This document shows positions 30,098 through 40,446 of a stretch of DNA of 43,245 nucleotides, piece after piece; the stretch's first letter is position 1; each line of letters opens with the position of its first letter. Source of the stretch: a virus (Duplodnaviria > Caudoviricetes); IMG/VR virus record IMGVR_UViG_3300032247_000526, positions 1-43,245 of that record; one strand, written 5' to 3'. Both the position numbers and the translations under genes were made by a program. The notes below the pieces were generated by a model that had not been told where the DNA came from, made no database searches, and saw only the letters and a program-made list of their open reading frames with translations.

Positions 30098-31279
30098 TTA
30101 TTGGAAACTTACTGTTGCACTTGTGATAGCAACTTTGGCTAGGTAGTCAGCGGCGTTACCTAGTGAAGATGCTGTGTTTGATAACTCAACATATCCGTAA
30201 CGTGTTAAGAAGCCAACTACTGGCTCAAATGTATTTGGATCTAGAACAACACCAGAACTCATCAATGGAATATAAGGGCAGTAGAAAGCGGCGGCATCAG
30301 CCTCGCTTGAACCTTTATAACCAACTAGAATTTGGTTGTTGTCGTCTGTATCGCTCTTATAAGCGTCAACATAAATTCTCATGCTGTTATTCAATGTACC
30401 AACAAACTTAGTGTTTGTAGGTGCTTCGAATGTACCTTCTGTTGTTCTTGCGAACGCAGAAGTTGTAGCAGATTGAAGAATTGTCAATGCTTGGTTAGAA
30501 ACAACTGCCCAGTTAGCAGAACCACGACGTGTTCTTTGAGCAATTAAGTTACTAGCACGGTTGATCATGATCGCTAAAGCGGCATGCTCGTCACCAACAA
30601 ATGTTGCTGTACCAGAAACTTGTGATTGGTCATAAGTTTCTTCAACAGAAGCCAAAGAACGTAGAGAAGTTAAGATCTCTTGATCAATCTCAACTGTGAT
30701 CTCTTGTGCTAGGGCGGCCATAATTTCAGCCTCAATGTCAATACCTTGTTGTGCTTGAGCATCTTGAGCAGCCTCAAAAGTCCAACGTGCGCTTAGTTTG
30801 CGTGATTTGGCTTCAACTGATGCTTTCAAGATTTGAATGCTCATACGCTTACCTGGTTGTCCCTCAAGAACTGAAGTGGCACTAGCACGTGGTGTAGTGT
30901 CATTGTTGTTACCAGAATAAGCACTAGCAATCTTAAATGGGCTCAATGCTTCTTCACCTGCTACGATACCATCGCTACCGCTGGTATCAGCATAACGAAC
31001 ACGTAGTGTGTGAATTTGACCAACAGGGCCAGTCATTGGCTGAACACCGATGATTTCGTTGGCAATAACTGTTGGCATAACACGACGAATAACTGGAAGA
31101 ATCACACGGTTTAGTGTAGCGATATTACCAGAACTTGTTGCACCACTTGTTGCGGCTTCTGCCAAGTACTTACGTGTATTCTCTAAGCAAACTTGCATAG
31201 AAGAACGACGAGTACCTTGTAGGCCTTCAAGCAGAGCGTCTTTGGTCTCTGACCATCTTTCATTTAATAATTGTGACAT
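30098..31279 (-). CDS. gp23: Major capsid protein, T4 gp23 family
   Basis: IIGVQPMTGPVGQI, VEAKSRKLSARWTFEAAQD, AFYCPYIPL and FEPVVGFLTRYG motifs; AAGGAG RBS. Confidence 0.97.
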   Translation of the reverse strand: MSQLLNERWSETKDALLEGLQGTRRSSMQVCLENTRKYLAEAATSGATSSGNIATLNRVILPVIRRVMPTVIANEIIGVQPMTGPVGQIHTLRVRYADTSGSDGIVAGEEALSPFKIASAYSGNNNDTTPRASATSVLEGQPGKRMSIQILKASVEAKSRKLSARWTFEAAQDAQAQQGIDIEAEIMAALAQEITVEIDQEILTSLRSLASVEETYDQSQVSGTATFVGDEHAALAIMINRASNLIAQRTRRGSANWAVVSNQALTILQSATTSAFARTTEGTFEAPTNTKFVGTLNNSMRIYVDAYKSDTDDNNQILVGYKGSSEADAAAFYCPYIPLMSSGVVLDPNTFEPVVGFLTRYGYVELSNTASSLGNAADYLAKVAITSATVSFQ

Positions 31280-31305
31280 TTTATGTCTTCTCCTTGAATA
31301 TTAAA

Positions 31306-32403
31306 TTATTTTAGTCCCGCTAATTTGCGGATATCTAAAATGTTATCTGAGCCTACCTGAGGCTGATTTTTCACTTCCCGATTACCTGTGACCGCTTGAC
31401 CTTCTGTCAATACAGCCTTTTTAGCGGCTGGCTTAACTATATTACCTTCTAGCACTGCTGGTAGGTACTTGTCAAATGATTCAGTAAGTCGTTGTGTCTT
31501 GGTAGACTCAAGCAACTCTTTCATAATCGTTTTTTGTTCAGCACTCAAAGGTGCTAGTAACTCACCCATCACTACTTTACGTTCCATTAAGTCTTTAGCA
31601 ACACGAACTTCGCGTTCCTTAGACTCAATAACACGCTGTTTTTCTGTGACAGTCGTTTGTGCTTCGGCTAACTCTGCATCTTTCTTTTGAATAATTTTTA
31701 ACAATTTACTTGTTTCAGACTTTTCATTTAGATAACTTGTAGAATACTCCTGGGCAAATGCTTCAAACATTTTACGACCAAATGCGTTACGACGAGCAGA
31801 GTTAATGTCTTCTTTCAACTGAGATAACTCAGAAGTAAGTTTTCTTGTAACTGTCTCTTGTACCAATCCGGCGCTTCTTTGAATGAAACGTTGTTTTACC
31901 TCATCGAATTTCTTTCTTGCTTCACGGACTAACTTCACTTTCGCTTCTGCTAGTTCACGTTTGTCTTGACTAAATTCGTTGATTTCTCTTGCTAGAGCAG
32001 TTACAATGAACTGTTCTAACTTAGAAAAATTCTCTGCGACCTTTTGACGATCGTTTTGAAATTCTCCTAATTCTTTACCTAACTGCTTAATAACAAAAGC
32101 CTCCATCATTTTGGAATCTCTTGCTACCTTGTGTTGATAAGCAACTTTGGCTTCCACCAAACCTTTCTTATCTTCTACAAGTTCAGCCATCTCTGCGGCC
32201 AATCTATCGCCAACCATTTTGTCGAGTGCTTCAACAATAGAACGCTTATCGTGTTCATATTTTTGAGCAAACTCTTCTCGTAGTTCAGCAGTGACTTGGT
32301 CGCGGTTTTCTTGAATCTTAGTGTTAAAAGCCGTGTCTAGTTCAGAACCTACGTCCTCACCTATAACACCACTTTCGACTAACCTCTTGAATGCGTCCAT
32401 CAT
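31306..32403 (-). CDS. gp22: Prohead core scaffold protein (gp22-like)
   Basis: Charged coiled-coil protein between the protease and capsid genes. Confidence 0.85.
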   Translation of the reverse strand: MMDAFKRLVESGVIGEDVGSELDTAFNTKIQENRDQVTAELREEFAQKYEHDKRSIVEALDKMVGDRLAAEMAELVEDKKGLVEAKVAYQHKVARDSKMMEAFVIKQLGKELGEFQNDRQKVAENFSKLEQFIVTALAREINEFSQDKRELAEAKVKLVREARKKFDEVKQRFIQRSAGLVQETVTRKLTSELSQLKEDINSARRNAFGRKMFEAFAQEYSTSYLNEKSETSKLLKIIQKKDAELAEAQTTVTEKQRVIESKEREVRVAKDLMERKVVMGELLAPLSAEQKTIMKELLESTKTQRLTESFDKYLPAVLEGNIVKPAAKKAVLTEGQAVTGNREVKNQPQVGSDNILDIRKLAGLK

Positions 32404-32415
32404 CGCTTTTTCTCC

Positions 32416-33051
32416 TTAGGTTTTTAAGCCATTTATGATACTCAGCATGGCCTCACGGACATACTTTTCTGCCTTGGGATCTTTTTGTACCTCTTGCGCT
32501 GTCCTAAATGCTCTATGACCATTACGACTGTTCATCAAATGTTCATAAATTGGTGTAGGATATGCTCCCGGCGCACTTGGTTGAGCAACTATATCAACTG
32601 TGATGATCTCAAACTCAGATACTTGGCCGTTACCTTCGTTAACGTTTCCGCTACCTCTGGAACTAACACCAAGTTTTACACCGCTTTCAAGCATAGTCTT
32701 TACTAGATTACCCATTGGGGTAGGAAGGATTTTCATCTTTCCATAACCATTCGGACCATCCATCCACATGTCTGTAATCATGTGCGACACACGGTCCAAG
32801 TTTACTTTTAAGTCTTCAGGATGATCTACCTCACCTAATACAGAGTACCCATTTTGTATTTGATCATTAAGCGTTTTAACTGCAATAGTAATTTCATTCA
32901 CTGGGTAAACACGCTGGTTAGCATTGCGAATACCGCCTTGAATAGCAATGCCTTTTAGGTACAGACTCTTGCCTTCTTGACCTTCAACAGACTCTACTAC
33001 GCATCGCGCTTGATCAAAACTTAAATGTTCTCTTAGATAAGATATTTTCAT
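32416..33051 (-). CDS. gp21: Prohead protease
   Basis: NANQRVYP, LGEVDHP, VSHMI, LGVSSRGSG and DIVAQPSAPGAY motifs. Confidence 0.96.
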   Translation of the reverse strand: MKISYLREHLSFDQARCVVESVEGQEGKSLYLKGIAIQGGIRNANQRVYPVNEITIAVKTLNDQIQNGYSVLGEVDHPEDLKVNLDRVSHMITDMWMDGPNGYGKMKILPTPMGNLVKTMLESGVKLGVSSRGSGNVNEGNGQVSEFEIITVDIVAQPSAPGAYPTPIYEHLMNSRNGHRAFRTAQEVQKDPKAEKYVREAMLSIINGLKT

Positions 33052-33053
33052 TA

Positions 33054-34136
33054 TTAAGCGTTCCTGTTAGGTGCGCCTGTTATTGGGCTCTTGGTATTGA
33101 CAGACCCAGTTTGACCTGCTTTGTCACCTTTACCCGTTCCCCATCCTTGTCCTTCTCCGCCGCCGCCTTTCTTCTCAGCGCCATGTCCGCCACTAACTTT
33201 ACCTAGTGCTGAACCTGACTTCATGCTAGAATTGGCCTTGTTAGAGATGTTCTTTTCAACACCCTTAGTGAACTCGCCTTTAGTAGCGCCAACTAAACCA
33301 CGTGAACCTTTGTCCATATTAGGACTTGTTCCACTCATTTCGCCAACACCTTTAGTGTTTGCTAGAATGTTGTGTGCTGTTGCACCAGTTGTTGGCTTAC
33401 CTTTACCAGAACTAACTGGGCTAGGTGTGTTGCTTACGTCTGTTTGACCAGCCTTGTCACCTTTACCTGAACCAATAGGTCCTGGAGTTTTCATGCTGTT
33501 CTTTTCCCAGTCGTTACCAACTGTGTCTCTATATTCACGAACACGTTGACGGCTTTCAAACATGCCTTCGTCTTCGTCTTCTTCGCTATCATCTTCTTCG
33601 TCGCCGAATGGGTTTTCTTCACCTTCTTCGTCGTCTTCTTCACCTTCTTCGTCACCGAAGTCTGGATCGTCAACGCCGTCGTGGTGCTCTGGCTCGTGTT
33701 CTTCATCGGCCATTAGGGCTTCAAATTCTGCTTTTAGTTCTTCTAGAGCGTCTTCTAAATCGTCAATACGGTCTTCTGTAGAACCGCCTTCGTCGCCTAG
33801 ATCACCGGCCATGTCGTCACCGCCCATATCATCCATATCATCCATTCCGTCGTCGCCCATGTCAGCACCAGGTGCTCCCATGTCGCCGGCCATAGCATCT
33901 GTTGGGTCGCCACCGATTTCAAGAGTAGTTTCTTCGTCTAACTCTTCTTCGTCGTCTTCCTCATCGTCTTCTTGGGCTTCGTCCATTTCTTCTTCGTCTT
34001 CTTCCGCTTCTTCAGCGATTAGATTTTCGTATATATCTCTAGATTTTTCTACAACGATTTCATGAAACAATTCATTTGCCTTGTCCATTTCCTCGTTTAC
34101 TAGATAATCTAGAAGTTGTTCAAACTTATTAGTCAT
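33054..34136 (-). CDS. Highly acidic prohead core/internal protein (gp67-like position)
   Basis: 360 aa with a D/E-rich N-terminal half and a G/K-rich C-terminal half; lies between portal and protease; AGGAG RBS. Confidence 0.7.
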   Translation of the reverse strand: MTNKFEQLLDYLVNEEMDKANELFHEIVVEKSRDIYENLIAEEAEEDEEEMDEAQEDDEEDDEEELDEETTLEIGGDPTDAMAGDMGAPGADMGDDGMDDMDDMGGDDMAGDLGDEGGSTEDRIDDLEDALEELKAEFEALMADEEHEPEHHDGVDDPDFGDEEGEEDDEEGEENPFGDEEDDSEEDEDEGMFESRQRVREYRDTVGNDWEKNSMKTPGPIGSGKGDKAGQTDVSNTPSPVSSGKGKPTTGATAHNILANTKGVGEMSGTSPNMDKGSRGLVGATKGEFTKGVEKNISNKANSSMKSGSALGKVSGGHGAEKKGGGGEGQGWGTGKGDKAGQTGSVNTKSPITGAPNRNA

Positions 34137-34174
34137 TGCGTTGGTCTCCTATTATATTGGCAAGGCTGTCGACG

Positions 34175-34181
34175 TATTTAC
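34175..34181 (-). promoter_or_regulatory. Late promoter (GTAAATA) of the head operon
   Basis: TAAATA about 40 nt upstream of ATG 34136, flanked by the inverted repeat GGCTGT/ACAGCC. Confidence 0.65.
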
Positions 34182-34293
34182 AGCCGCATAGGAATACTTA
34201 TATGAAATAGCCGAAAAAACCAGGTTTTTTGGTATTGAGGTTGGAATTCACAAGGATATTTAAGATTCTACCTAATGAAGTTAAGTTTGTAGT

Positions 34294-34536
34294 TTAAACT
34301 GCGCCTTCTTCAGCGGGAGGAGCGGCATACATGACTTTTACAAACTCTAAGTCTTCTTTTTGCTCTTTGTAGCGAGCATCACCGCCTTTGCGTAAATCGT
34401 TAAGCATACGGAGAGTTAGCCTAGTTTTACGCAGATCTTTGCTTCTTATAACGGAAGTATCGTGAAAGGGATCGTACCTGTTTTTATCTTCAAGTCCGTT
34501 ATCTTGATTAAAATAGATGAATTCGTTTAGTAGCAT
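34294..34536 (-). CDS. Small hypothetical head-module protein
   Basis: 80 aa immediately after ATAAATA (34542-34548), downstream of the portal gene. Confidence 0.75.
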   Translation of the reverse strand: MLLNEFIYFNQDNGLEDKNRYDPFHDTSVIRSKDLRKTRLTLRMLNDLRKGGDARYKEQKEDLEFVKVMYAAPPAEEGAV

Positions 34537-34547
34537 GTCAATATTTA

Positions 34548-36266
34548 TTACTGTGCTGGGGGTTGTGCTCCCGGAGGAGCCGCTCCCGGAGTTGCACCGC
34601 TCATATCTGGTTCAGGACCGCCTTCCATGCCCTCAGGCGATTCACCTGATTGACTTAATGTATCCAAGTCAGTTTGCATACCATCTGCTGTTACACCAGC
34701 ACCACGTAGTTCACTACCGGCAGGTAACGCATCTTTACTCATACCGTTTTCTTCTTTCCACATTTGTTCGTTTTCTGCTACTTCTTCTGCTGTTAGACCT
34801 AAGAAACGTTTGAGTGAAAAGCGTTTACTAATATGTGGCACAGCCGCAATAGATCCAAAGGTAGTGATACGAACACTATCCATTTCTGCTTGACGGTAGG
34901 CCGCAAAGTTCTGCGGTGGGTTAAATTTTAAATCAAATACATTAGGATCAAAGTTAATGCCTTTGTTCTGCATATACAGTTTAAATTCCGCATCAAACTG
35001 CTCGTTAATTAAACTTTGTAAGCGTTCGCAGTACTTGTTAAATCTTAATTCTTGGATGTAGGCAGTGCCCACACGGCCATCATTGAAGTTACTACCTCCG
35101 TCATCTGGACCTGTAGGTAGATAACTTGAAGGGATGCGCAAAGCCCTAAAAAGTTTGTTTGTGAAATAGCGAAGATCATCGATTTCTCCAAGGTTAGTAC
35201 CTCCTGGTAATATTTCAACCTTACTGCCTCTTCCCTCACTAGTTTGTGGGAAAAAGTAATCATCATTCATACTTAACGGATTATAACTGCTGTCCGTAAC
35301 AGTCTGGCCACCACCAGTAACACTTGGAATTCTACGCTGATTTACTTCGTTTTTAACACGTTCTACGAAACTCATTGCCAAGTGGCTTGGCATGTTACCT
35401 ACGTCAATGTAAAACACTCTACGCTCAGGAGCACGTTGTACACGATAGATAATGATAGCATCTTCAAGCAGTTCTTTCTGTTTATATACTTTGAAGATAG
35501 GCTCTAATAAACTGTTACCGAATGGGAAATTATTGTCTAAACCTTCACTCATTGAGAGGTGAATCACGTGTCTAGCATCGATAGCATATTGATTTTGATT
35601 AACACCAAATCGGTTACCTTGATTAGGTTGCCCACCACCGCCACCAGCCATTCCTTTTTGTTGAGCACCTGCGGTAACGTAATTACTGTTTCCCGGTGTA
35701 CCTGAAGGATTGTTCGGACTAATTTGAGTAACTGTCAATGACATTAGGTTAATGTTCAGGTCGCGGATAACATACTGTTCGGGTTCTTTACCTGTGCTTT
35801 CGTTGACAATAATCTTATCAACCTTGTTAGGATCGATATACATCCATGCTTGTGTTTCGGGATCACGAACAAAGAAACTATCTCCGTATTTGAACGCATT
35901 TCGTACAATTTTAAAAATTCTGCTGTTAAACTTGTTTAACTTTGACCACTGCTGTAGGTACTTTTTAATGATCTTTGTTTCGGCAGATGTGGCTTGCTCT
36001 TTAAAAAAGATTTGAAAAGGAGTTCTGTTCTCATCATTTTCTTGTGAGCAGAACTCTGCTAGGATATCTAGGGCCGCATTGACTTCTGAGTCTCCGTCCA
36101 TGGTATCGTACTGACCATAACGCTCTAAGCGATTTGGATGGCCCGAATAGACATCGGGCAGATAAGAACTGTAATTTGTCTTAGAACCATGCGGACGATT
36201 CATGCCACTAATAGTGCTCATCTGTCCAGACAGATTAACGGGGGTAAAGTACTTTTTCCAAGACAT
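34548..36266 (-). CDS. gp20: Portal vertex protein
   Basis: LLEDAIIIYRVQRAPERRVFYIDVGNMP, DDYFFP...GRGSKVEILPGG.NLGEIDD and ELRFNKYCERLQ motifs. Confidence 0.97.
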   Translation of the reverse strand: MSWKKYFTPVNLSGQMSTISGMNRPHGSKTNYSSYLPDVYSGHPNRLERYGQYDTMDGDSEVNAALDILAEFCSQENDENRTPFQIFFKEQATSAETKIIKKYLQQWSKLNKFNSRIFKIVRNAFKYGDSFFVRDPETQAWMYIDPNKVDKIIVNESTGKEPEQYVIRDLNINLMSLTVTQISPNNPSGTPGNSNYVTAGAQQKGMAGGGGGQPNQGNRFGVNQNQYAIDARHVIHLSMSEGLDNNFPFGNSLLEPIFKVYKQKELLEDAIIIYRVQRAPERRVFYIDVGNMPSHLAMSFVERVKNEVNQRRIPSVTGGGQTVTDSSYNPLSMNDDYFFPQTSEGRGSKVEILPGGTNLGEIDDLRYFTNKLFRALRIPSSYLPTGPDDGGSNFNDGRVGTAYIQELRFNKYCERLQSLINEQFDAEFKLYMQNKGINFDPNVFDLKFNPPQNFAAYRQAEMDSVRITTFGSIAAVPHISKRFSLKRFLGLTAEEVAENEQMWKEENGMSKDALPAGSELRGAGVTADGMQTDLDTLSQSGESPEGMEGGPEPDMSGATPGAAPPGAQPPAQ

Positions 36267-36273
36267 AATTTAA

Positions 36274-39200
36274 TTAAACGTATAAGTTTCCAGAAAGTGA
36301 ACCAAGTTTTGAAGTTTGATTCTTGTTTTCTTCAAGTGTCATCTTCGTATATTTTAGTAGTTCTACTGTATTCTTATTTAACTGTTGCATCTCCTTTAGT
36401 AAATTTTCATTAACTACTTTAGTGTCGGTTCCCGGTGCTGTATTTGCAGTATTGTTTACATTAGATGTAATACTTTTAATTTTATCATCTAAATTTTTTG
36501 TCATAGTATCTATAAAAGATTTGGTATCTGTTTGAGTTTCATCTTGTTTCTTTCCCAAATCTCCGATACCCGGAAGTTTGTTTATGAATCCGGGCAATAG
36601 TGTGTCAGTAAACGATTTAAACATATCTGTTTGAATTTTAGACTGATTGGAGTTAATATCGGGAACTTTATTTTCCTTTGATACTAAATTTTCTTTATTT
36701 TTTTCTTTATTATCTTTATTAATATCAAGCATTGCTTTAGATTGCATCTGCATGTTTTTCATTGCTTCGTCAGATATTGGCTGAATTTTAGAAATATTAT
36801 CAAGAAGTTTTTGATATGTTTCCGGCGAAACAGATTTTTCTTTTGAATCTGATTGTTTAGCAATATTGTCAAATAGTGTTGAATGAATACTTTTTGACAT
36901 TTGGGCTATTTGATTTTTAGTATCAAGTCCCTGTACCGTGTCTTTGGTATTTTCAGAAAGTTGCGTTTTAGGCATAAAATCAGAATTAAATATTTTTCTA
37001 AAAGATGCTAGAGTTTCATTTGATAATTTAATTTCTTGATTTTGCTGTTGTTCTTTGGGCATGCCGTTAGCAATGTTTTTAAAATTTCCTTGTAGATTTT
37101 TAGTCATGTTATCCATGCCGCCTTTGAAGTCAGGAGTTGGCATAGGTAAAGAATCTTTATTCAAAGTGTTAAGGTCTTTAGTTTTGTCATTAGGTATAAT
37201 TTCGCCAGCCGTCTTAGTTGTAAACAATTCAGGACCGTCTTCACCAACCCAATAAGGAACATCTGTTTTAACAGGACCTCCTGATGCTTTCTTTTCTACA
37301 GTTGTATTAACAGGAGGTTTATTATTGATGTTTGCTGTTTTTGCCTGCTCTTGAAGAGTGGAAGTATTTTGACCGTTTTTCGCGGCAAGTGATTCTTTTT
37401 CTTTTTTGGCTGCTTCTTCTTTTAACTTATCAACTTGACTCTGTACTTCAGAGGCCGCCTTTGTATTAAAACTAGCATCTTTTGCCATATCAACAGCGGC
37501 TTTTTTATCAGCAATAGTCTGTTCGGCTTCTTCTATAGAAGACCGTATTGCTTTTTTCTGAACATCATCTAGATTTTTATTTTCTTTTAAAGTTTTTTCC
37601 AGTGCGGCTTTTGTTGATTCTGCGGCTTCAACTTGAGAAGCCCAATTAGCCTGGTCGCCTTGGCCCTGTTTAACTTTCAGTGCATCTAATTTAGTTTGAT
37701 TTTCCATTTCTAATCTAGCGGCTTCTGCTTTTTTATTAAAACTTTGTTTTTCTAATTCAAGAGCATCTTTTGATCGTTGAGTGTCGCCTCCGCTGGCGTT
37801 GAATGGCCAAGGTAAATTTGCTTTTACTTCAATCCACATTAATTTTAGATAGTAAACTAAATCATTGATAATCTTTTCTCTACCAGCAGGACTCATCAAA
37901 TTTTTTGCAAAATCTGCCATGTACTCAGCAAATACTGTAAGTTGTTTTCTTATAGCGGGCATATTATCTTTAACAAATCCCATAAACTGATTTGCTAAAT
38001 CATTAACAACAGGTGTTAAAAATGCAATAGCAGGTTGTAGTGCTCCATAGATTGCGGCACCCATGTCCTTCATACCTTTTTCTGCTCGCTGTGCATTACC
38101 AGCCGCAGAGTTTTGTAATGCTTCGTTTTCTTTAAGTTGTTGTTCTCGTTGTTTTGTCAAATCACCATTTGCCCCTATCACCGCTAGATTAGACTTAGCC
38201 TGAGTTGCGGCAACTTCGGTGGCTACTCCGCCTAATCTACCTATCGCATAGTTAGTAATGCCCATTGCTTTGGCTTCGTCGCCCATGGCTTTTACACCTT
38301 TGTCAGTAGTTTGACTAATACGGTTTTGTGCTTCTTTACCTTTTATACTACCGTCATTGACAATTTTTACATATCCTGTAGCGGCTTGTGCAAATCCTTT
38401 AGACTGAGCCATAATTTGTTGGCCTGCTTCAGTCATTGGTGGCAAGCCCATTAACAGATCTTTAGTTGCTTGGGCACCTGCTTTACCAAATCTTGCTGTT
38501 GCTTCTTGCATTGCTTGATTGGCTTTGGCTTTTTGATCTTCTGACAGTGTGCTTAGGTACTGTTGGTACTGTGCTTCTTGTGTCTCTTCAGCCATCTTGG
38601 CTTCAAGAGCCTCTTTACTTTCTCCAGTTAATTGACTTAATACTTGTAAATTTTTCATGTACTCGCCTGCAGATTGTGCTAAGGCTTTCTGATTAGCAAC
38701 ATTATCCATTTCTGCTTTACTTCTAATACCGGTGTTTTTAATGTACGATCCTAATCCGTTAGTAATATCTTCAGTAGAGTTGCCCATAGATCGTAGTTGA
38801 TCACCTAGTTCGCTGTTCCTAAGTTGCATAGCCATGTTCTGAAATGCTCGTGCTCCTGTATCAGTATCGCCGCCTAGTTTCTGCAATGCTTCTCTGTTGT
38901 TAGTAATGACTTTTGAATACTCATCCATAGTCATTCCTAAACTAAGAGCATTCATTCGTACAGTATTAAGACTACCTCCAAAATTGACACCTGCTTTAGA
39001 TAAGTCACGATAAGTCTTTAACTCTGCTTCCTGCATCTGGGCAATCTTTTGAAACAGTCCTGCAACTATTCCTAGCCCTAAAGGTAAATCTTTTAATGCT
39101 CCGTAAAAATCACTAACATTGCCAGTACCGTCCATCAGTGATCCAGCAAATCCCGCTAGGTTAGTTGCAGTTTTAGCAACACCGCCTACAAGATCTCCAA

Positions 39201-39498
39201 TAATGCCTCCAAGGATCATTGCCCCTTTGGCAAACTTACTCATACTTTCTGTTGCCGCATTAGTAGCAACTGTTTGTTGACCTGTTGCTTGTGTTTGTTG
39301 TTGAGTTGCTTTAGTTGATGCCTGAGTAGCCTGTGTGTTAGCACCCATAGCACCGCCACCGCCTCCAGATTTACTCATATTAACTATTGCGGCAGTTTGC
39401 CTATTGAGAGCGGCCAGCATAGCCCTTAACGTGGCTTCAGTTGCCGCATTATTGAGTTCTACCGGTTCGTTGCCTATCGTGCCTGTTACTTCAGCCAT
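36274..39498 (-). CDS. Tape-measure-like / baseplate hub protein
   Basis: 1074 aa, Ala/Gln-rich and helical; ASGGPV...YWVGEDGPELF...GEIIPN motif typical of tape-measure proteins; divergent from the gp26-like gene. Confidence 0.75.
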   Translation of the reverse strand: MAEVTGTIGNEPVELNNAATEATLRAMLAALNRQTAAIVNMSKSGGGGGAMGANTQATQASTKATQQQTQATGQQTVATNAATESMSKFAKGAMILGGIIGDLVGGVAKTATNLAGFAGSLMDGTGNVSDFYGALKDLPLGLGIVAGLFQKIAQMQEAELKTYRDLSKAGVNFGGSLNTVRMNALSLGMTMDEYSKVITNNREALQKLGGDTDTGARAFQNMAMQLRNSELGDQLRSMGNSTEDITNGLGSYIKNTGIRSKAEMDNVANQKALAQSAGEYMKNLQVLSQLTGESKEALEAKMAEETQEAQYQQYLSTLSEDQKAKANQAMQEATARFGKAGAQATKDLLMGLPPMTEAGQQIMAQSKGFAQAATGYVKIVNDGSIKGKEAQNRISQTTDKGVKAMGDEAKAMGITNYAIGRLGGVATEVAATQAKSNLAVIGANGDLTKQREQQLKENEALQNSAAGNAQRAEKGMKDMGAAIYGALQPAIAFLTPVVNDLANQFMGFVKDNMPAIRKQLTVFAEYMADFAKNLMSPAGREKIINDLVYYLKLMWIEVKANLPWPFNASGGDTQRSKDALELEKQSFNKKAEAARLEMENQTKLDALKVKQGQGDQANWASQVEAAESTKAALEKTLKENKNLDDVQKKAIRSSIEEAEQTIADKKAAVDMAKDASFNTKAASEVQSQVDKLKEEAAKKEKESLAAKNGQNTSTLQEQAKTANINNKPPVNTTVEKKASGGPVKTDVPYWVGEDGPELFTTKTAGEIIPNDKTKDLNTLNKDSLPMPTPDFKGGMDNMTKNLQGNFKNIANGMPKEQQQNQEIKLSNETLASFRKIFNSDFMPKTQLSENTKDTVQGLDTKNQIAQMSKSIHSTLFDNIAKQSDSKEKSVSPETYQKLLDNISKIQPISDEAMKNMQMQSKAMLDINKDNKEKNKENLVSKENKVPDINSNQSKIQTDMFKSFTDTLLPGFINKLPGIGDLGKKQDETQTDTKSFIDTMTKNLDDKIKSITSNVNNTANTAPGTDTKVVNENLLKEMQQLNKNTVELLKYTKMTLEENKNQTSKLGSLSGNLYV

Positions 39499-39524
39499 TG
39501 ATTAAATCCACCATTCTGTGCGTA

Positions 39525-39560
39525 CATAAATATTGTCATACTTAGACAAGTTTATTTATC
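39525..39560. promoter_or_regulatory. Pair of opposed late promoters
   Basis: ATAAATA on + at 39526-39532 and ATAAATA on - at 39553-39559, with TTGTC-7nt-GACAA between them. Confidence 0.7.
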
Positions 39561-39571
39561 GGAGAAATTTT

Positions 39572-40441
39572 ATGGTTCCTCAACCAAAAGTAAATCAAAA
39601 CCCGTTAGCAGGGTTCATGCGTCAGCCAAAAATCTACATCAAACTTCCCAGCGGAGGGGAATTTTGGGCCGCGGGCAGTTTAGAAAAAACTGAAAACGGA
39701 GAGTACCCTGTTTACTCTATGACTGCAAAAGACGAACTAATGCTCAAGGTTCCTGATGCTCTTATGAATGGACAAGCCGTTGTTAGTGTTATTGAGCACT
39801 GTTTGCCTAACATCAAGAATGCTTGGCAAACTCCTAATTTGGATTTAGATGTTATCTTAATTGCTATTCGTATTGCCACCTACGGTGAAACTATGACAGT
39901 CCCTGTTACGCTAGACAACGGAGAAGATTTTGAATATAATTTAAATCTTACCATGTTAATGGATACACTTATGGAGCAAGTTGTTTGGAATACAGCAATA
40001 CCTGTAAGCCCTGATTTAACTATTCATGTTAGACCTATTAACTATAAACAAATGACCGAAAGTGCTCTTAAAACTTTTGAAACTCAAAAAATATTTGATA
40101 CCGTTAATAATCAAAATATATCCGATACTGAAAAAGCCAAAGTGTTTAATGAAAGTTTTGAAAAACTAAATCAAATCACTATTGGAATAGTTAACAATTC
40201 TATATATGCAATTGAAAGTTCTGCGGGTACTACAGATAATCCTGCTCACCTAAAAGAGTTTATGGAAAACTCAGATAAAGAAATTTTTGACGAAGTTAAA
40301 AAACATATCGAAACTCTAAGAGAAAATAATGCTATTAAACCATTAAAGATTCAGACCACTGAGCAAATGCGTGAGGCAGGTGTTACTACTGACGAAATAC
40401 AAATACCTTTGGTGTTTGACGCTAGTTATTTTTTCGCATAA
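39572..40441 (+). CDS. Baseplate hub subunit / tail assembly chaperone (T4 gp26-like); start reassigned to ATG 39572
   Basis: PKIYIKLPSGG, VYSMTAKDEL and DLDVILIAIRIATYGE motifs; GGAG RBS at 39561-39564. Confidence 0.8.
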   Translation: MVPQPKVNQNPLAGFMRQPKIYIKLPSGGEFWAAGSLEKTENGEYPVYSMTAKDELMLKVPDALMNGQAVVSVIEHCLPNIKNAWQTPNLDLDVILIAIRIATYGETMTVPVTLDNGEDFEYNLNLTMLMDTLMEQVVWNTAIPVSPDLTIHVRPINYKQMTESALKTFETQKIFDTVNNQNISDTEKAKVFNESFEKLNQITIGIVNNSIYAIESSAGTTDNPAHLKEFMENSDKEIFDEVKKHIETLRENNAIKPLKIQTTEQMREAGVTTDEIQIPLVFDASYFFA

Positions 40442-40446
40442 GGCTT

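Noticed and set aside
558-38696. Numerous 60-170 aa ORFs antisense to, or out of frame within, the long genes (e.g. 33562-34065 poly-Ser)
   Set aside because: They are shadows of biased codon usage in the real genes, with no evident RBS or promoter and no recognisable motifs.
39533-39571. ORF-track TTG start for the gp26-like gene
   Set aside because: It abuts the promoter box and has no RBS; ATG 39572 has GGAG at proper spacing.
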